The notes under the pieces are model-generated. The model searched no databases. It had not been told where the DNA came from and worked only from the letters and a program-made list of their open reading frames with translations. A program made the translations under genes and the position numbers. From Toensbergia leucococca (Eukaryota), in the NCBI GenBank assembly GCA_022813965.1, contig JALDZS010000046.1, positions 62,001 to 126,000 on the forward strand: 64,000 nucleotides of DNA, read 5' to 3'. This document shows, one piece after another, positions 34,551 through 47,220 of this stretch; position 1 is the stretch's first letter, and each line of letters begins with the position of its first letter.

Positions 34551-36994
34551 TCAAAGGCCATCCATATCCCAGAATTCCAAAGACGGTTCCAGTTCTCCAG
34601 CTATCTCGTCCCAGGCTTGCCAGTCCATTTCTAGGTTTGTAACGTTGCTGAAGGCGTTGTTGTTGGAATCATCTGCCATATCCACGAATAGCTCCTGAGG
34701 CGTCCAAGTTGAGACAGTCTCGCTAGTGCCACCTTGTGCGAGAGGAGCGGACAAAGCCAAGCCCGTCGCAGATGTCAGATCAACATACGCATTCGTTAAC
34801 GCTCCAGAAGCTTGGGGATGAAGCTCGTTCATTCGCATTTTTTGCACCGCAGAGACCAGCACCAACAAGTGCTGGTACCGAGGATCTCTCTGAGCCGCCT
34901 CAGAGAAATTATCGAAATACCTGTTAGTTAACGACCATGCCCGCTCGCAGATTGATCCCCAACGGCGCGCGCACAAGTGGCTGAGCACGACGCGAAGAGC
35001 TTGCCACGGTGGCTGCCGGCCTTGTATTTGCCATCTCCAACGGCTCCAGCCGGGTTCGTTCTGTAGAGCGTAGGTGTGTTCGATGATTGACAGGGATGAT
35101 ATAAATACTTTGTCGCTTTGTGAGGTGTCAGTAGGCTGTGATCCCGTTGCTTTGGTAGAGTGCTGCTTGGTGTGTAGGATGAGGTAGACTTTGGTAAGAA
35201 ATAGCCTTGCAGTTGTCGCCACGAAGGAGTGCAGTGGTCGATTGGGATCGAGGTGCTTGAGATAGGAGTCTTCGATCCTTGCTTGGGACTGCTGGAAAAG
35301 CTCAATTCTCTCATCGATGTCAGGAAGCAAGGCGTAGCTGGCAGCCGTGACGGATTGAAGTCGACGGGACAGCTTCCAAACTTCGCAACGAATGAGAAAA
35401 ATCGTCATATCAGTCCATCTCACCGCACCGAAAGGCAATTTTGACATATCGGGGTCAAGGTTTGCATCGTCTGTATTTGCTGGTATCTCGGTATCGAACA
35501 TCTTCTCGGATAATTTGTATTCGGAGACCTGCACATCTTCAGATCGCGAATCGATGAAACATATTTGCCACCATAGTCTACGTCGCATTTCTATTTCGAA
35601 TGGGGTGAAATCGGCGAAATGTGAGCCATCGCGATGGAGCTTCATGGAGACGCTTACCCTGACTAAGACACCGGCCAGAAACCAAGCAGACCTCGTCTCC
35701 CCAGTGTGTTGAAGAACGCCTAGATATATGGTGAGTGCCTGAAGTACGATTATGTCAGGATTGTTCAAAAGGTCAGCTTGCTCAAGTGCCTGTTCAGCCC
35801 CAAGTCGATAGCGAGCCATGAGTTGGTCTTTGTCAATGTTGAAATTCACATAAACCTTTAGCCGAATGGATTAGCCAGATCAATATGTGAAACCTTGAGT
35901 TAGAACGGCTCACCTCTTCGTCCTCCAACGACATGATTGCGGCCAAGGAAATGACTAGTACGAGAGCCTGCATGCTGTGGCCAAGAGAGTGATAGCTACC
36001 TCTTAGCTCACGAATAATCTTCGTCATGGTTGGCACATGAAAGACTTTCATGAATGATTCGACGTTGTCTATGTAGATCTGCCACAGAAATAGCATCTGC
36101 GATGGGAGAGGATGTAGTTCCTCCCGCTGGTGTGCAGCAGATGTGTTCTTGAGGAGGAAGTTGTAGAAGCCATTGTGACGTCGATTGCCAGACATCGACA
36201 TCGTTGATGAGCTGTTGTTACTATCGAGATGGATAGCTGTGGGCCCATGGATGGCCTCGAAGATGTCCTCCATCTTATATACATGTCAACAGGAAATGGA
36301 CATTAGAGCGCCAGTCACATATGCCTAGCTCGACTTCGTTCGGTAGAGCTAGGCAAAGGGGAGGACGGCTAGAACATACTTCTTTACAAAACACCGTCCA
36401 GAAGCGATCTCCTATGACGAGATCGCCGTTGCTTGCCTCCACTAAATCCCCGAACTCGCCAGGAACCTGGGACGACTCTAAGATGTCCTTTGCCGTACCG
36501 GAATCAGTTTGTAATCCATTGCGTGTGGTGCGTGGGTTTAAATTAGCTGATTGGCTATGAAGAGTGTGTCGATGGTCTAGCCGGCCCGGCTCGCTCGATG
36601 TTGAACTTGATACATTCGTTGAGCTCTCCATTGGGTAAATAGCCTGGCTCACTGCTGCCGCACGCTCAACCTGCGAGCCAAGGTCACCAACCATAGCTTC
36701 CAAACGTCTAAGACGGCCCACCAGCTGGACTTGCTTCTGTGCTGGGGGGTTGAGATGGTTAGGGTTGCGACCGCGGCGAGGAATACGACCAGAGACGGGA
36801 AAGACACATTCGCTCTTGTTCCTGGTGCATTGAGCGCAAGGATGGCATCTATCGCAGCGTACTTTCCGCCGGCGGCTATTGATGCAGCTCCACACTTTCA
36901 GGCCTTCTGCCCGGTTGGTGTCGTTGACACCATTAGGTTCTGGAGGTTGCAAAGACATCACTTTGGTAGACAAATCGGCCGCAAAGTCAGCCAT
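34551..36994 (-). CDS. Zn(II)2Cys6 transcription factor with fungal-specific TF middle-homology domain
   Basis: Exons 36994-36380, 36273-35914, 35855-34551. Cluster SCINSRRRKVRCDRCHPCAQCTRNKSECVFP; RLRRLEAMV coil; MKLHRDG..FEIEMRRRLWWQICFID. Confidence 0.9.
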
Positions 36995-37094
36995 GTCTCT
37001 TCTAGCCCTGATTCAATCATAGAGATGAAGTACTATGTGGAATGACACCAATATTCTGTATTGAATTTGGAAATGTAGTGTTGGTGGTGGTGAA

Positions 37095-37200
37095 TCGGCA
37101 GGCGAATCTCGGTCTCGGACATGGGCGTCGGCATTGAGTTCGGTCTAGTCCCCTTCTAGCCAATTTCTTAGAAAGGCACGTCTGATTGGTCAATCGGCCG
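37095..37200 (+). promoter_or_regulatory. Array of TCGG half-sites (candidate Zn2Cys6 binding sites) in a divergent promoter
   Basis: CGG at 37096, 37110, 37116, 37129, 37141 and 37195, all preceded by T and on the same strand. Confidence 0.55.
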
Positions 37201-37363
37201 AGTCCTTTTCTTCAGCGCAACTACTCGTACCTCATACCTAGAAGTCCAGCATGGCCTCTTTTTATGAAGGATCGACATTCCAGTTTTGCTTTGACCACTG
37301 GAATTGATGTGCTAAATTCCTTCAGATTTGTCGTTGATGAGACAAGACAACTCGCGTCGACTT

Positions 37364-37371
37364 TATATAAA
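37364..37371 (+). promoter_or_regulatory. TATA box of the oxidoreductase gene
   Basis: TATATAAA ~90 nt upstream of the ATG at 37457. Confidence 0.6.
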
Positions 37372-37456
37372 GGTCTGAAATAACGACTCAAGTCAATCTT
37401 AACATTAGATCAGATCTTTAAGGCACCCCCAGAAGACCTTCGTCCCAGTAGTTTGT

Positions 37457-38629
37457 ATGGCAAAAACGATCGTCATTCTCGGTGCTGGTTGGGCCGGACT
37501 TCCACTCGCCCACAAGTTGCTCAAGTACACCCTTCCCAAAATCAAAGACGGCTTGAAAGTGTTTCTCGTCTCGCCCAATTCACACTTCTATTGGAACGTC
37601 GCCGCCGTCCGCGGCGTCATCCCTGGCGCCATTCCCGACGAGCAGCTGTTTCTTCCCATTGAGCCAGGCTTTGCCCAATACTCCACGGAGAACTTTGAAT
37701 TCGTCTTGGGCAAAGCCGAGCGCATCGATCCGGAGAGAAACACTGTCAATGTAGCCAGAAACGACAAAACCCAGTGCTCCCTCTCATACGACCAACTCGT
37801 TATCGCTACCGGCTCCCACATCCGTAGCAACTTACCCTTTAAGCCCGTCGGCACGCACGAGGAGACCCTCCAGGCTCTGCACTCGCTTCAGAAGCAGATT
37901 GAAGTCGGAGAGTCCATCGTGATTGCCGGTGCCGGACCGACTGGCGTAGAAACAGCGGGCGAGCTGGCCGCCGCTTATGGCGGGGCAAAGGACGTCATCC
38001 TCATCATCGATGGGGAGCACGTTCTGCAGGCATCCAATGTTCTGCCGAGCGTCATCCAGGTTGTGGAGAGAGACCTGGAAAAGCTGCGTGTGAAGTTGGT
38101 GCGCAACACACAAGTAAAAAGTGTGCGGACGATCCCAAAGAGAGGCGAGGATACAGAAGCGATTACATACCTCACTCTTTCAAATGGATCCAAACTCATG
38201 ACCAACGTGTACCTCCCACTATTTGGCGTACAGGTGAACACAACCTTCGTTCCGGCAAGCCTTCTTGACTCAGCAGGGAGCCTCGTTTTGGATAAGACAA
38301 TGCGTGTAATGGAGACAAACAAAATATGGGGAATCGGGGACGTGGGAAACCTTGAAGCGAAGCAACTTACCGTGACGGATGCTCAGATCATCCACCTATC
38401 AGCCACTCTGGATTCTGTTTTGGCTGGGGAGGCTCGACAGGTCAAGGAGTATAAGCCATCGGGAAAGACGATGATATTCATCACTATGGGCAAGAAGCAC
38501 GCCACGGGGCAGATAGGTGGATGGAAACTCTGGAGTTTGATTGTGTCCGATGTCAAAGGCAGGATGCTATTTGTTGACACCGCTCAGGGGTATGTGGGTG
38601 GGAAACACTTGAGGCATGCGTCGATGTAG
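37457..38629 (+). CDS. AIF/AMID (FSP1-like) FAD/NAD(P)H-dependent oxidoreductase, pyridine nucleotide-disulphide family
   Basis: Intronless, 390 aa. FAD motif IVILGAGWAG, YDQLVIATGS, NAD(P) motif IVIAGAGPTGVETAGEL, IWGIGD, C-terminal KGRMLF. Confidence 0.92.
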   Translation: MAKTIVILGAGWAGLPLAHKLLKYTLPKIKDGLKVFLVSPNSHFYWNVAAVRGVIPGAIPDEQLFLPIEPGFAQYSTENFEFVLGKAERIDPERNTVNVARNDKTQCSLSYDQLVIATGSHIRSNLPFKPVGTHEETLQALHSLQKQIEVGESIVIAGAGPTGVETAGELAAAYGGAKDVILIIDGEHVLQASNVLPSVIQVVERDLEKLRVKLVRNTQVKSVRTIPKRGEDTEAITYLTLSNGSKLMTNVYLPLFGVQVNTTFVPASLLDSAGSLVLDKTMRVMETNKIWGIGDVGNLEAKQLTVTDAQIIHLSATLDSVLAGEARQVKEYKPSGKTMIFITMGKKHATGQIGGWKLWSLIVSDVKGRMLFVDTAQGYVGGKHLRHASM

Positions 38630-39986
38630 AATGGCAAGTGTGTTGCACACCATGAGAGTGTGTCTATGGGCTCTGTCAAGTGGTATATAACTAGGTAGTT
38701 ATGGGTATCGTTTGTTATCATAGCTTTTCCTGGCTTTTGTCTTCATGACAAGACGGCATGTGCTTTGCTGTACATGGCGACAACATCCTGAATTTCAGTA
38801 GCCAACTTCTATGCAGTTTCTGTAATATTTTCCCCCCATCAACTGAGGTTTCTCTTTGTTCAATCCGTCGGCCCGAGGCTGCATTTCCCTTGGTCAAGCT
38901 TTTTAATTCTCCACTTCAACTCAAAATCTAGTCGTTTACACGTAGATACCGTCTGAATCTAGAACGCTCCCCTTTCCTATTGCCTGTTCTTTATATTTCA
39001 AACGCAGAGTCAACCACCACTTCCTGCGTCAGGTATCATTTGTTAACATGTGTCACTTGTACGCAAACAGCGCCTATCCGTACATATACCTGCGGTCAAC
39101 CCCATCACCAACCTCGATGAATGGGAGCACCAGGTCAGCTTGAAGGTCTGGGAGGGTAAGAAGCGCAAAAACCAGAAATACTGCAGGGTCTCAAAGACGT
39201 CCCCAGCCCACGGACCAGTCGCAAAAATAAGACCCGGCCAAAGAAGATTCACGTAGCCGAGGAAGCCTTTCAATCCTGTCTTCCGGAGGCTAACTTTCAC
39301 GTAGCGTTTCCTCGACCTACTTGAAGAGCTTAGAATCTAACAAAAGCGAGGAAGATGACCGAATAGCGCAGATCGAAAGCCTATCCCCTTGGGAGTATGA
39401 TGTTGATGAGAAAAAACTTGGTATCCGAATCCGGAATCATGGGAGAGACAGGATGGATAAGTGAGGGGGGCTTGATCACACGGGAGGTTTTGTGGAGAAA
39501 GAAATTGTGGACGGTAGTGAGCCTCTGCCTCTAGCTCATTCAAGCTACGGATAAGCGAGGAAGGATTGCTCGTGAGCATGAGTGGCACTAGTTACTCGGT
39601 TAAATTCAAGAGGTTTCATTAGTCTAAATTTGAGATCCCGCTTTCATACAAGATAATAGATATTTACTGAGCTCGATACTATTAACTAGATTTGAGCAGT
39701 CGGGCTGGAAGACCGAAGACACCACATCAGTCTCTGTCCTTGAAAATTCAGAGCTAATCGTTGCTCTGTAAGTGTGCGTGATCATGTACAGTGTCCTTAC
39801 ACGTCGCTCAAAGATCCTCTTTTCCCCTCCTCTTACAATTGGGTTCCGACCCGCGACCGAATTCCAAGAATCAAAGTATGAAGACCGTCAGGGAGAACGT
39901 CTCCCTCCGATCTTGGCCGACGCCCACTAGAGTCCCGAGAAAGTAGCGCCATCGATGCATATATACAAGAAAGTACCTCCAGCCTT

Positions 39987-40439
39987 CTAGACCACTCCTT
40001 CTCCCTCCTCTTTGTCCCTCTTCCCCGTAGCATAAACAAACCCACCACTCACTAAATTCCCTACACAAACCCCAATCGTCGCCCCCCTTACCAACCCTCT
40101 GGCTCCCCACTTCTTCGCAAAAGGTTGCTTCCGTCTCCTCGCCAGGATTAGATAGAGACCTGACCAGGCTGCGGTGATACCAGCGCTGTCGGTTTTGTAG
40201 GAGTTGAGGTTTAGATAAGCGCTGAAGAGCAGGATAGGAGGGAAGATGAGTGGTAGCGGTTGAGGGGGCCGGAGGTGGAGAGCGGAGATCAGGGTTGCGA
40301 GGAGAGTTGGGGGGAGGGATGATGCTGGTTTAAAGGCGAAGTTAGCAGTGAGGGGTGATTTGAGAATGGGAGAAGGGGGCTTACATCCGTAGGCTTTGAG
40401 GTAGGCTAGAGGAGTTGAGGGGGTGTTTTCGGTGGCCAT
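39987..40439 (-). CDS. AIM19: Small membrane protein, Aim19-like
   Basis: Exons 40439-40385 and 40324-39987 (60-nt intron GTAAGC..GCTAAC..CAG). Motif YLNLNSYKTDSAGITAAWSGLY; family assignment from recall. Confidence 0.7.
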   Translation of the reverse strand: MATENTPSTPLAYLKAYGCKPPSPILKSPLTANFAFKPASSLPPTLLATLISALHLRPPQPLPLIFPPILLFSAYLNLNSYKTDSAGITAAWSGLYLILARRRKQPFAKKWGARGLVRGATIGVCVGNLVSGGFVYATGKRDKEEGEGVV

Positions 40440-40815
40440 GGAAAGGTGTCGCGTGATGGGAGGAGTGAGAGGAGGAGGAGTGCTCTAAATCGGATTCTTG
40501 AAGGAGTATATGATTAGATTGAAGGGGAAAAGAAAGTAATCGACTCTAGACGAGATGCCTTGTCACACGAATTGACTGTGTATTGACAGAGATTCTTCGT
40601 CCTCAATCGTCATTGAACGTTATCCCACTAGCGTCAAATGGCGGCTTGCGCTACGAGTTGAAACCACGATTCCAAAACACCAACATCGAATATCAAGCCC
40701 AGACAGCAAAATCAGAACGTGCATTTGAGCTAGTGCATTAAAAGTTAATATTTGACTTCATCGCCGGCTTATTTGACGATTGCTCACGGACCAAAAGGCA
40801 TAGTGGTGCCTCGTC

Positions 40816-42050
40816 ATGCCCTCCGCAGCTGCGTCCGGCGCCGATGCAACTCCTAACGGCACTGCCAAGAGTCGAGATCATAATCAGGGAAATCAGGATA
40901 GGAAATACACAATTGAGCAAAAGATTGCAGTGATAAGAGTCCGAAAATGCGGTGCGACGGCCTTCTACGAGATATTAGGAGTGGAAAAATCAGTGTCCGA
41001 CAGTGATATAAAGAAGGCATATCGGAAGCTGAGCTTGTTGACACATCCTGATAAGAATGGATACGAGGGCGCAGATGAAGCTTTCAAGAGTGAGTTACGG
41101 CTGGTTCTGTGAACATTATACTCGCAACGAGTGGGCTTATCACCGTACGGCGGAACAGGCTGACGGGCCTGCGCATTCATAGTGGTTTCAAGAGCCTTCC
41201 AAATATTGTCGGATACTGAAAAGAAAGCCAAGTACGACAGATTTGGTGGAGATCCAGATAATAGGTCCGGGCCAGGTGCGGCTGCACCTTCATCACCTTT
41301 CAGTGGCTTTGCTCGATCTCCCAGCAGCGGACGGGGCCCCATGTTTGAAGATGAAATATCGCCAGAAGAGTTATTCAATAGGTTCTTTGGGGGTGGAATG
41401 GGTGGGGGAGCAGGACCGTTTGGTAAGATTTTCTTCTAACAACTACGTGGGGTCTCATTTCAATTAATTATTTTCAAGGAGGTGGCATGTTCGACACGGG
41501 CCCACAATACGTTTTCAACCTCGGCGGTGGTCCAGGGTTTCGAGTCCATCAATTTGGAGGAGGTCAGCCAAGACGGAGACCAAGGGAAGCCAACGGTAAT
41601 TCCGAGGAAGCCGCTCCCCGAACGGCAATGTCCGCTTTATCCAATCTCCTGCCCCTTCTGATTCTCTTCGTTCTCCCCCTACTATCTTCAATATTTTCAT
41701 CATCATCGTCCACACCAGCTGGCCCATCATTCCGGTTCGATTCTCCAGCGCCCCCACATACTATGCAACGTACAACGTCACGGCTGAAGGTCGATTACTA
41801 CATAAACCCGGAGGATGTGGTTGACTTCACGCCTCGAAAATTTGGTCAACTGGACAGAACGGCGGAGCAAGACTACGTCATTAAATTGCAACACAACTGT
41901 GAAATAGAGGTGCAGGGGCGGAATCGGATGTTGCAGGATGCTCAGGGCTGGTTCTTTCAGGACACTGACAAGATGCGAGAAGCCATGAGTCTTGAATTGA
42001 GGAATTGCAGACGACTGGATGAATTAAGGGTTCCAAGGAGCAATTATTAA
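40816..42050 (+). CDS. HLJ1: ER-membrane J-domain co-chaperone (Hlj1/DNAJB12-like, DUF1977-type C-terminus)
   Basis: Exons 40816-41089, 41183-41422, 41479-42050. J domain [25 protein letters not shown] region; TM segment [17 protein letters not shown]. Confidence 0.92.
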
Positions 42051-42544
42051 ATTGTTTTAGCTTGCATTGGGTTGTTGGGCGGGTTATGGCAAGGTGTTCA
42101 AGGGGGTCATGGACAATTGATCAAGGTGTTGTGTCATAGTAGTTACGCCTTCGAAGATGATTTCTAGAGCATTGTAACCTGTATAAATGATAGATATATC
42201 TTCGCGCTCGATTTTCGACACTACTAACTCAGGTACATGCAATGATATCGGATGACGAGTTGTGGGTAATCGACAACTTCGCGACAGTGTGGCACTAACG
42301 GGAGACGGGCCGAGGGCCCTAAAGTGAAGCCTGAAGTGTTGAAGCTGCAGGCTACTTGAATGGTGGAATGTTCGAGTCCCAGGTGCTTGGTTCACTCAGC
42401 CTCTCAGGTCCATCACCAACTATGCTTGTCAACCAAAATAGACGTGCATAAAGAAAGCAATCACCTACGTATTACCTGAATCGCCTTTCGCACCAGTATT
42501 ACGTCCATCACACCAGACTCCTACTGACTTGATGCTTCCACAAT

Positions 42545-45500
42545 ATGTCTGAGTCAGTGTCAGATGCCGACAAGGTATGATCCATACATCTGTTGTGGCA
42601 GACGAAGTAACTGATGCTATGAAGATCCGTAATAAACGTCTTGCAAAGTTGTCCTCACAGGCTCCGGCATCGTCTAGCTCAGGTGGCGAAGGAAGCAACT
42701 CGGATAGTGCAGCTCCTCCATCCTCAGGAAAGGCACCTTCCACAGCCGCAATTCCTGAGCGGAACGAGCAGCCTTCTACAAAAATCAACATTTCCAGCTC
42801 ATCCGACATTTCCTCGAATCCATTTGCCCAGCTTGGTCTGAGAACAGGTGGTGATGGACCGAGGATCAATATCAAACCTGCGAGTGGGGGAATAATAACA
42901 CCACAGAAGCGGGACAGCCCAGGATCTGGAAATGCAAAGCCCGGCTCAAGATCAGACGAGCCTTTAGAGGTATGGGAAGACAGAATACTGAGCGCCGTTT
43001 TCAGGATCACCTTGGACCAGGATATCAAGCAAGACAGTCAAGGACATCACCTCAACTATGTTGGGAGCGTTCGTAAAGATCTTGAGGATCAAGGCGAACC
43101 TATCAGACTAAGCACCGAAATACTGGATCAGGCTATACTAGAAGCAGCTTCTAACGTGGGAAAAATCACTCCTTTGGACTATCTTCTGGCATGTTGGAAA
43201 CGGGTCTCGAAACAGTACAAAGCTTTCAGGTCGGGGAGTGCTCAAGATCCACGATACAACCTGGTCAAAGAGGCAAGGAGACTTTGCATGAGCTATTGCA
43301 TGTTCGCTGTTACTATGCCTGATATGTTTGGGTAAGTCATGGCCATCCCTCGAGCTTTGCGCCATAAACTAAACATTTCATAGTCGAGATCCCCCGGAAT
43401 CAAACCCACTTACGCCACATCTTTTGGTAGATCCAGAGGACGATAGAGGCGTGTGCCATGAATTCCTTACTGAAGCAATTTCACGTTTCCCGGAAGACGA
43501 GACGATTGTGGCGGCGCTGGTAGGAGCGGTCGAAAGCCTAAGTCTTCAATTAGCGAAAATGAGTATGAATGATGACTATAAACCATACGTTCTCGTAAGA
43601 ATCACCATTGAACACTTCATGGAAAGGGACATCATACTGATCATGAAAAAGGCATTACGAAATGTTGTACGATACCCGTTACTTGTCAATGCTATTGTTC
43701 AATCTCCTTTATTTCTTCCTCCAAATGTAACAGCTGGAAGCCTCGAAGCTACCACGCTACTGGGCCCATTTTTCCAAATATCTCCTTTACAAGGGGATGT
43801 CACCTCCAATTACTTCTCCAGTCCCACGACTCGGGACAAGAATTATATTGTCAATTCCCAGAGAGCGCTCCGCATGACACTGCAGACGCATCAAACAGAT
43901 CTGTTAGACATTGTCAATCAGATCATTAGGACAGGCAAAGACGCAAGAGAAAAAATGCTTGACTGGTTAGCATCGTGTGTCAATGTCAATCATAAGCGTC
44001 GTGCAATGCGGGTAGATCAAACAACAGTCTCTTCTGATGGCTTCATGATCAACATCACGGTCTGTCTGGATCAGTTGTGCGAGCCATTTATGGATGCTAC
44101 GTTTTCCAAGATTGATCGAATAGATGTTGTTTATCTGCGGCGAAGACCAAGGGTAGACATCAAAGAGGAAACCAAATTGAATGCAGACCAGAACACTTCA
44201 GATCGCTTCTACGGTACCACTGTCGATGGAACGTCAAACTTTATATCAGAGGTATTTTTCCTAACTTTGGCTGCACATCATTATGGCAGTGAAGCTGCAA
44301 ACGCAACGCTCAACCAACTAGAAAAGGACTTGAAACACATGGAAAAGCAAATTGAAATGATTGAATTAGATCGCCACAAATTCGTTCACGACCCGGTACG
44401 CTTGAGGCAATTTGAAAATGCCGTCAAAAAATTCAAAGACAAGAGGGATAAAGGGATGGCGTACAAGTATGCCGTTCAAGGAGTTTTACTTGACGACCTA
44501 ACTCAAGCTCGCTCGATGCAATTCATGCGATATGTCATTGTATGGCTACTACGACTTGTTGCTCCAGGCCAGGACTATCCAAAGCAGCAGCTTCAAATTC
44601 CATTGCCAGAAGAGCAGCCAGAAGTCTTCCAGTGCTTACCGGAATACTTCCTCGAGGATGTCGTGGGTAACTTCAAGTTCATCATGCGAAACATGCCTCA
44701 GATCATCACATCCACACAGAGTGATGAACTTGTGATGCTCTGTATTACTTTTCTTCAAAGCTCCGAATACATTAAAAATCCATACCTGAAGTCGGGTCTC
44801 GTCACCATTATGTTCCATGGTATTTGGCCGGTTTACAACCGATCAAACGGCGTTCTGGGAGATCTTCTCAACTCTTTGCCTTTTGCTACCAAGCATCTAC
44901 TTCACGCCTTGATGAAATTCTACATTGAAGTAGAGAACACAGGAGCCCATACCCAATTCTACGACAAATTCAATATCCGCTACGAAATCTTCCAAATCAT
45001 AAAATGCATCTGGTCAAATACCATTTACCGCCAACACTTATTCGAAGAAGCCAAAGTCAATCTAGACTTTTTCGTCCGCTTTGTCAACCTGCTTCTCAAC
45101 GATGTGACATTTGTGCTCGACGAGTCTCTGTCCGCTTTCGTACTCATACATTCTCTACAACAAGAGCTTACGGCCTCATCGAGTCTAGAGCAAACCGTCC
45201 GAACGGAGAAAGAAGAAGCCCTTTCAGCCGCTCAGTCAAAAGCGAAATCTTTCACCCAGCTTCGGAACGAGACAGTCGCTATGCTGAAGCTTTTTACCGA
45301 GGCCCTCGCAGAATCATTCACCATGCCCGAAATTGTACAGCGCTTAGCAGACATGCTCGACTACAATCTGGACGCTATGGTGGGGCCCAAGAGCTCCAAT
45401 CTTCGCATCGACAACCCGGAGGACTATGGCTTCGTTCCCATAGTTCTGCTCTCGGAAATCATAGACGTTTACCTCAATCTTAAGGACAAGGAAAACTTCG

Positions 45501-46123
45501 TCCTCGCTGTCGCACGGGACGGCCGTTGCTACAAACCTGTGAATTTCGAAAAAGCCGAGCTGATCCTGAAGAGGCATCCGCATGTCAAGTCTCCAGAGGA
45601 ACTGGTAGCTTGGACGGTGTTGGGGGAAAAGTTTAAAAAAGCCAAGGAGGTGGACGATCAGGCTGAGGAGGACTTGGGGGAGGTGCCCGAGGAGTTTTTG
45701 GGTATGCGCCGCTTCTTGAAAAACGACGCTGGTGCTGACTCATGTCTCCCTTTCAGACCCGTTAATGTACACGCTCATGGAAGATCCTGTCATCCTCCCC
45801 ACGTCCAAAACTTCCGTCGACCGATCGACCATTCGGTCGCATTTACTCAGCGATCCCACCGATCCGTTCAATCGCGCTCCGTTGAAGTTTGAGGATGTCG
45901 TGCCTGGTATGGTTTTTGTCCCCTATTTCCCCTTTGCATTTACACATCCTGTATCAACAATACCATTTCCCCCCAGTCCATAGTACAAATGAAGACACTG
46001 CTAACCACTACAACCAACCACCAAATAGACGTACCTCTCCGAACCCGCATCCAAGCCTTCAAAGCTGAGAAAAAGGGCAAGAAGATCGCTGAGGCGGGGA
46101 TCATGGATGTTAGCCCTGGCTAA
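42545..46123 (+). CDS. UFD2: U-box E4 ubiquitin chain-elongation factor
   Basis: Exons 42545-42574, 42625-43331, 43384-43594, 43652-45701, 45757-45906, 46029-46123. Motifs [20 protein letters not shown]-box [26 protein letters not shown]. Confidence 0.96.
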
Positions 46124-46959
46124 ATTCCTCTCTTTCCCCCCGTCATGTGTTCCAAACGCCACCCACTTTTTCTTTCTCCAGTGCCACCCTCCCACCCCAC
46201 CCCCCCACCCCCCAATCCTTTTGGAGATCTTTTCTTCGAAATGGAAAAAAGATACGTTTGTGCAGATCGCGATGTAGCACTTTGATGGCGTAATTTCCCT
46301 TGGCCGTGTTTCTGGCCCCGGAATTGGAGGTGATTGGAGCTGGGGTGGTGTGTGCGTCTTGAGCGTTTTCTTTTCTCTTGTAGATACGTTGAAATAGAAG
46401 ACAGCCATTGATCCCATTTGTCGCAAAAAGTGAGGACTTGTCGAAAATTTTGCAGCGGGTGATATGGGGGGTCCCTTTTCTTGTTTCTACAAACTAAAGC
46501 CATATGCCTGTGAGCCAAGGATGAGCTTTTTGTGAGGCAAGGGTGAGGGTAATGCAGTATGATCACTTTTGCTGGGTTCTTGCTGGTGTTGGATCGATGT
46601 TTATTGTGGTATATTAATACATTTTCCCCATTTTTCACCCCCCTCTCCTAGAAATCCTCCCCCCTCAAGGTCTTTTACCCCAGCTTCCTGGGGTATCAGG
46701 CTTTGTGGTTGTCTTGTACTCTGGGTATGAACTTCTCGCCTGCCTGTATGTGAGGGCTTGACATACTAATAATTTCCTGCAACCAAAACTTCACCCTGGC
46801 GCTCCCCTCACCTCTCCCCCACATCGTCTCGTCCCCTCTATCACTTCATCACCTCTTCTCACTCAGCCTCCTTCCCCTTTTTTCCTTTCAGTTCTTCAAA
46901 TATCGATAGTGGGCAGCTTTATTCATGGAGTTTTTGTTTTGTGCAGATCTGGTTTATTA

Positions 46960-47220
46960 GTTTTTGGTTGTGGGGAGGGGGGTTTGGATGAGGTGTGGTG
47001 GTGTGGGAAAGTGAGAGGGGATTGAGTGAGGGCGGCGGCGGTGGGGCACTGCTGGGGGTGTGGGCTGGGAGAAGGGGGTGTGGATTTGTGGGGGTTTGGA
47101 GGGGATGGGGATGGGGTGGGGATTGAGAGGGAGGGCGATTGAGAGGGAGGATGATTGTGAGGGTTGACGGGGGAGGATGACTTGGGGAGTAAAGGGTGAG
47201 AGGGGTGGCGTGGATGAAGA
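46960..47220 (+). repeat. G-tract-rich low-complexity segment (G-quadruplex potential)
   Basis: Dense GGG+ runs, e.g. GGGGATGGGGATGGGGTGGGG at ~47101-47121. Confidence 0.6.
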
